A stretch of DNA of 59,837 bases, filler included, from Circinaria calcarea (taxonomy: Eukaryota): the NCBI GenBank assembly GCA_051942165.1. It is 4 parts of 4 records of this genome, joined end to end, with 100 filler letters (N's around TTAATTAATTAA, not from the genome) between each part and the next. Parts side by side here need not be neighbours in the genome. Positions count along the whole stretch, not along the records: positions 44,960 to 59,837 come from JAVECS010000403.1; 3 more parts are not named here. One strand, given 5' to 3'. The translations under genes and the position numbers were made by a program. Below, in pieces: positions 53,473-59,837 of the stretch; within the stretch, counting starts at the first letter, position 1; each line of letters begins with the position of its first letter. The notes under the pieces were generated by a model, which was given only the letters and a program-made list of their open reading frames with translations, had not been told where the DNA came from and made no database searches.

Positions 53473-53946
53473 TAGTGTTCTCAATACCCCACCCCACCCT
53501 ACCTTAGGCCTAAATATAGAGTACCACCCCTACCCGGGACGGTCAAAATGGGCACCCCAAAGGCAGGTTCGCCTCGCTTAGCTCGCTTAATAGGGTTTCT
53601 ATAGAGCGGGATCCGGATATATATAGATCCGACCACGCTCTAATCGAGCTCGGAGCTTATGATGCCGATCCGAGCTCGCTTCTGGTTTTTGCCATTTTGA
53701 TAGCATGTGTGCGAGTATTCAGGGCGGGAACATCACTGGAATTGGGTTCAACTCCCAATAGCGCTACTTTTGGTGGTCCTGTCGGTTTCCCTCTCGCCCT
53801 GTTTTCTAGCCCCATAGGCGTTAATTCACCCGGGTCCCGCTATATGACAGCCCTATAAGGTCATATGATACGCCTCGGGGTATCTGGGGTACCCCCTCCC
53901 CACCCCAGAGGCTCATTTGGGGTGGGGTGGGGTATTGAGAACACTG
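53473..53946. mobile_element. ~474-bp non-autonomous TIR element (MITE, possibly hAT-like)
   Basis: 26-bp perfect inverted repeat AGTGTTCTCAATACCCCACCCCACCC (53474-53499 and 53920-53945); the right end reads CAGTG. No convincing target-site duplication. Confidence 0.7.
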
Positions 53947-54123
53947 AGTACAAGACTGAACTCGTTGAGAGATTAAACTAGGGAATAGCTTCCAGCAAGA
54001 AAGTAAGCGTCAGTAATTCTACATGACCTGATAGACGACTTGGCCATATGGATTGACACCCTATCTATTTACTCCAAAACACAATAGTTCTATAATATGC
54101 AAATCTAGAAGTCCGAGTCAATA

Positions 54124-55813
54124 TCAACTGTGCGCTCGCAAGGCCGCATCACATCTTCCCAAAACATCGAATCTGAAACAAGTCCATCAGCCTATCCGCC
54201 AATCCAAGACAACATGCTCAGGGGACAAACCCAAAATCATGATTGATCCGCTCCGGAGGACAACTCGGAATTTCTGTCGTATCGTCAATAATTCCCCCCC
54301 CCCTACGTCCTCTCGACAAACGTACGCGTATCGTCATCATCGGCATACAGCCTCAACTCCGCCTCGATCTCTTTCTCCTTTCCCATGCGCATTTTCGACA
54401 GCGTCTGCACCCGAGACGCCCGATTCCTCCGGACCGTCTCAAATATGGCGAGCCGTTGAAAGAGCTCGTTCGCATCGTTCACATCTTTGAGGAGATATCC
54501 TAGCGCGCCGCCGTCTTCGATGGATTGGTTGGCGCCCTGGCCGCCAAAGGGGAGCATCTGGGTTCAGAGAATGGTTAGTATGAAGCCTGGCATGTTGGAA
54601 AGGGGGGGTAATTGTAGATTGATATTTGACGAACAGGATGAGCGGCATCGCCGATTAGGAGGACCTTTCCGTAGGTCCATTTCGGGAGTGGGGTGTGGAT
54701 CTTCAGGGGCCAGACTTTTACGTCCTCGGCGATGCTAGGTGGTTAGTCAGAAGGGCTTGGGAGAGGGGGGTGGTTGCAGACTTTAGAATCTTTACGAAAT
54801 CTGGGGAGAAGTGCTGAAATTCTTCGAGGAGGGAGGCTTTGATATCTACGATGGCAAGTACGTAGGTCAGCACGGTTTGAATCAAACGAATAGGATGGAA
54901 CGCACCTTCTTCGCCCCCATCTGGTTCCGCCCGCGTTGGGTGAATGCCCACGAGATTTTGTACATCGCCTCTACGGTTTGGCAGTATGTGAAAAAGAAAC
55001 TGCGAAAGCATTACCAGCTTACCCGTGACAATCATACCAAACCAGATGGCGTTCGTTAATCGTGTCCGTTGTATCAGCCAACAGCGTTACCCCGGGGCCC
55101 TTCCACTTCAGGATCTTTTCAAAAGTAGGATCACCCTTCAACCTCTCCGTCGGAATCAAAAACCGAAACGCACTTAACCCCGACGCGGTGGCCTTCGACT
55201 CCCGCTTCAATACCGCACTCCTCACCACTGAATGCAGCCCATCGGCAGCGACAATCAGGTCCGCCTGATGGAGTGACCCGTCCTGCAACTCAATCATACC
55301 CTCTTGTTCCCTCACGCCCGCAACTTTCGCACCTAGGCGAAGCGTGGCCGGGTTCTCAGCTCCTTCGAGCGCGAGCTTCAAGAGCTCTTTCTGCAGATCC
55401 ACGCGATGTACGGCCATGAACGGGCCGCCATACCTCTTTGCACAGTTGCTGAAGTCCAGACAGGATATGCGCTCCAGGCTGGTGCCATGCACTGTTTCCC
55501 ACACCCGCAGCGGCTGGGCCTGCGCGCGCTCAAAGGAAAACCCGAGGTAAGCAAGTACGCGCGAGCCATTGGGAGAAATGGCGAGAGCGGCACCGGTTTC
55601 GGCGGCGAAGAGGGATTTCTCGAAAATCTAATGTAAAAAGGGAGGGGCGGTTAGCTGTTTGTTTTCCATGCAGTGGTCTTCTCGGGGTTACACCAAATGC
55701 TCGGTTATCTCCGAGAAGGTACTGACCTCGACCGAGTGTCCAGCCAGTCGCAGCGAGACTGCAGCACTGAGTCCGGCAATACCAGCACCTACGATTATCA
55801 CTTTGAGCGGCAT
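54124..55813 (-). CDS. FAD-dependent monooxygenase (salicylate-hydroxylase-like, group A), multi-exon
   Basis: MPLKVIIVGAGIAG (GxGxxG); HRVDL; AADGLHSVVR (DG motif); LIGDAAHP|MLPFGGQGANQSIED (GD motif). Confidence 0.9.
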
Positions 55814-56462
55814 GGTATATTTCAATTGATGCCTTCTGCTCTTTGATGCAGCAGCTTGGCGTCCAAACCAGGCAAAACCACTCCACTTCCGGACTTATTC
55901 AGTCGGGTTATCCATCGTACTACCTGACGTTCCTTCCAGCGTAACCACACACACCTGAAAGTCTCGCCGCGAGGTATTACTAAAGCGGAATGCAGGTTCA
56001 CTCGGTACAATCCTCCTTCCAATTATCCTCGTGGCCGATTGTTTATGGTGGTGGTCCTGATACGGCCACCCACTCGGCGCGTTTTATCGGCGACTTCTTT
56101 CCGCACTGCTGTCGTGAAAAGGTGCTGTACCGCCACTGAAAGCTGAATACTTCAGTGGAAACGGTCAACGTGCAGGCGGCCAGTATGCAGCTGGTCGGTA
56201 TGAAGACAGTAGACATGCTCGTAGATTTGTCAGCAGCGCTGCCAATAGTGTACTGCACTACATGACACTATTGTTAGTGTCAGAAGGTGGTAGGTATATT
56301 GCTGCGCAGGGATTAAATGTTGTCCAGATAACCAAAATGAGCACTTACTTGACACGGTAAATATACGAATAGGATTTCTGTTTCATCCCTCCCCTTCTAA
56401 TCCTGCAGGATCCCGACTGGTATCTCTTGTGGCCATCTACTGTACCATCACCGAACGCAAAC

Positions 56463-58050
56463 ATGATTCTTCCAGATAGCCTCACTTCTGTCGTTTCGCC
56501 AAGGACGCCTCAAACGAAACTAGGGAGCCCGGCTACCTTAGAAAACCTTTCAGCAACCATTTCCTCCAAGACTTTGGAACTCTCCAAGATCCTAGAGGCC
56601 AACTCGATACCTCCGCCAAGTTTTGCAGAGAGCAGTTGCGTTAGCCCAGAGGCGTCAAGCCTCGTGGTTGACAAGGACAACTTGCGCACTATTCGCAATG
56701 AACTTATTACCGCCGCACAAGATCTCATCCGCCTGGCTCAAGGCCCGGTAGACCATCTCTTGACACTTGCTTGGTCGGTCAGTTACCAAAACCCTATTAG
56801 GCCAGTCGGTGCAACACGTACAGCACGTCCTATAGCTGACTTCCTACTCTTCAGGCTGCAGACGTAGCAAATCTAGGAATCATAGCACAACATGATATTG
56901 CCTCTAAAATTTCCATCGGATCCAGCATTTCTCTACAAGACCTCGCCACCAGCACGGGTTTCTCTGAAGACGTGCTAGCCCGCACTGTCCGCTACGCTAT
57001 CGCCAACGGCATTTTCTGCGAGCCCTTGGCCAACGTCTTTGCTCACTCAGCCGCCTCCGCCACTCTCGCCATTAACAGCAAGGTGCGGGATGTGTCCATT
57101 TTCTGCACCCACGAGATTACCACGATTCTCGTCAGGCTTGCCGAGGCTTTCAAACAGCAGCAGGAGAAGAAGGAAAATGCACCTGGAGCAGCTTTCAATG
57201 TGGCATATCCGGGATATGAGCATCTATTCGAGTACTTCGCCAAGAACCCAGAGGCCACCCAGCGGTACGTTACATTTCTCGACGGGCGGGCGGAGCTATC
57301 GCGTTGGAACATCGAGCATCTCACCACGCAATGGGACTGGGCTGCCGTTGGCTCTGGTACAATCATAGACGTACGCTGCCTGCAACCTCCCCTACTCTCT
57401 TCAAACACCCCGCTAAGCCATCTCCTAGGTTGGTGGCTCCTCCGGCCACACTTGCGTGGCGCTTACCCCCGCAGCCCCTTCAGCGCGCTTCATCGTGCAA
57501 GACCTGAGCGTCGACGCTCTACAGAAAGGGCGGGACAGCATCGCCTCTGACCCGGCGCTAAAAGACCGCATCACCTACACCGAGCATGACTTCTTTACCG
57601 TCCAGCCTGTCACGGCCGACGTCTACTTCTACCGGCACATCTTACACGACTGGTCTGATGCCGACTGTGTGCGCATCATCGCCGCACTGCTCCCAGGCTT
57701 GAAGGGCGGGGCGCGGGTGCTGATCCACGAAGGGATCATGCCGGAGCCGCCAGCACAACGGGCGAACACGATGGACGACAAGCAGATCAGGTGAGTGGCT
57801 AGTGCCTTGTTCTGTGCGAGGGACCGTGGCGTGTTGGCTAACGGTTTCGCGCGGTAGGATCGATGACCAAGTCATGATGTCGGCGCACAACGCCAAGGAG
57901 CGGAGCGTGGCGGAGTTCATCAGACTGTTCAAGGACGCGAGCGAGGACTTCAAGTTTGTGGGCGTTACGGGAGGCGAGCCGGGGGTCTTTCAGAGTTTAG
58001 TCGAGTTTGTGTATATCAAGGGTGGGGAGGCAGTGCTACCGGATCGGTAG
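56463..58050 (+). CDS. SAM-dependent O-methyltransferase (Methyltransf_2 family), 4 exons
   Basis: N-terminal dimerisation region (PPPSF); IID|VGGSSGH; HDFF..QP; RHILHDWSD catalytic His; NAKERS. Confidence 0.9.
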
Positions 58051-58470
58051 ACAGTCGTATCTTGGGATTCGATTGCAACGCCCTCTGCCATAATGTAAGC
58101 TGAAGGACTCATGGCCTCGATGCATGTTTCTCTGCTGGGCTGCATTAACAATGCAGACGTACGCGAAACGAAGCTGCTCTCTTGCATCAAATCTCGATAT
58201 GGAAATGATGAGATGATGAGACTATAAACCAGTACGGATTTTAATCTACGGACATTTCCCTGATGCATGGAACAAGTGTAGTCATGCGTTTAACATTCAA
58301 GTCTCAAAGTTGGAACTGTTTACAATGAAAAGCCAGTGGTATCAACCGTATCCAGTACTCCAGCCTATCCCGGTGATATCAATATGAGCCATTGAACGTA
58401 AATAATTCCAAACCGGCCGCCAGAAGTAGACACCGATCCAAAGAAATCCCAGTATAGATTAGCATACACA

Positions 58471-59701
58471 TCAAACCATTTCATGATCTCTCATAGTATC
58501 GTAATCGACGCTGATATCCGTCGTTGTTTTGATCTGATTCGGGCGAAGAGCTCTACCGGGAGCAAGAGGGGTGCTTTGGCTCATGATTGAAGGATCTTCC
58601 TTGCTCGATTTTATTTCGTAGCTATTCATCCCGCTGTTGTCGCTGTTGTGCCGTTCTTGCTTCTTCCTGGAGCCGTAGCTTAGATAGCCTTTCTTGGCTA
58701 CGAAGCGGTCCCAGAACGTCTTCAGTGGGGGAATGCTTCCGCAGACGATGATGACGAATAGTTCGGCGCCGCTCCAAACGATAAGATTATATGTTGCCCA
58801 TGTCAAATCGGCACGTGAACTAAGCGCTGCAAGGAAATTGGTTTTGATGATACCACACACGGCAGCCCTATATATTATGTATCAGTGATGTTGTCCTGAA
58901 ATAACGCTAGCCGAGGGCCTTACACAAGACCAAGACCAAGAAGAATGCATAGACTGATGCGCTTTTTCAACTCCATGTTCAATCCGTAGATAATAGTGCC
59001 GGGAACGCAAGCAAGGACAACGTCTGCAAGAATATTCTCGCCTATTCTAGCGTTAGTGACGAGATAGCAGAGTATAAGCAGGATGCGAACTTGAGGTGAA
59101 AATAGCAAAGTTGGTCTGGGCAGACGGGTTCCAACACTTATGCGGGATCGATGGCTCCCAGAGTGCTCGAGGAGGATTACATTGCACGTAGGTGAAAATG
59201 CAATCCAGGCTTCCCACGACAAAGGTAAGAATCATGATACCGTAGATGAGCCATTTGCGGTAGAATGAGTTAGGGCCCATGATTCGTAGGACCAGGAAGC
59301 CTACAGCAGCCTTGCCGGTAGTATATGCGAAGACTATAACCACTTGAATGATATAGTTTATTTTGAGAATCGCGCGACCTTGAGTCGGGGTCAGGAAGTA
59401 GATATGTCGAAATCCGCCTAGCGTGGCGCTGTATGTAAGAGCACTGGTCCAGCAAACGAACAAGAACTATTTTGTTCAGCTTTTTTTATCTTGTCAAAAC
59501 CATAATTCCAAGACTTACAAGAGTGAACAGCATCAGCCAGTCATCGACGCCCACGGTTTTAATGGAAATTCGAGCCCAGAAGCGTGCGGCAACAACTGCC
59601 ATGGCCACGGAAGCCTGGACCCAGAAAATGACTATAATGGCCGATCCTCTATCATCGTCTTGTATCCCCGGGGGGATTTGGAGTGGTGGAGGGGCAGACA
59701 T
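58471..59701 (-). CDS. PTH11-like / fungal rhodopsin-domain integral membrane protein without CFEM
   Basis: VAARFWAR...GVDDWLM; GGFRH; K.AVGFLVLRI; QCNPPRALW...C; DVVLA; DLTW; WSGAELFVIIVCGSIPPLK. Confidence 0.85.
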
Positions 59702-59837
59702 ATTGAAGACCTGCTGTGAGGGGTGGATGCAAAGTCCCAGATACCCGGGTTAAGGTATATCGACAAAAATCGGAAGGACAGTGAGGATCAAGGGGATGCT
59801 ACATAGTATATCATCCTCGAGCCTTAAAATAGTACAC

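Overview
Fungal (filamentous ascomycete) DNA with intron-containing genes. The window is not contiguous. Three identical 100-bp linkers (N44-TTAATTAATTAA-N44) join four contigs of 14890, 14890, 14879 and 14878 bp, which looks like a length-sorted concatenation, so linkage holds only within a contig. Contig 1 (1-14890) carries a compact secondary-metabolite cluster: a non-reducing PKS with no SAT domain (KS-AT-PT-ACP-ACP-CMeT-esterase), an MpaD/CicH-like P450, an XptB-like DMATS prenyltransferase and a regulator-like gene with no zinc cluster. The three biosynthetic promoters share a repeated (A/C)ACTCGGG motif. Contig 2 (14991-29880) holds a truncated Zn-alcohol dehydrogenase, a membrane protein, a PQ-loop transporter, a tandem caspase-like protease plus DUF6594 membrane protein, MITE-like and degraded repeats, and a partial ArAE_2-like gene. 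Contig 3 (29981-44859) holds a tandem Cys-patterned Ecp2/KP4-like protein, an RfeC-like C2H2 factor, a DUF4140/DUF4139 protein and a frameshifted GMC oxidoreductase. Contig 4 (44960-59837) holds a highly reducing PKS with a degenerate ER motif and a vestigial CMeT, an FAD monooxygenase, an O-methyltransferase and a PTH11-like membrane protein. Exon models were built by hand. Family assignments come from recognised motifs and remembered homologues; no database search was run.
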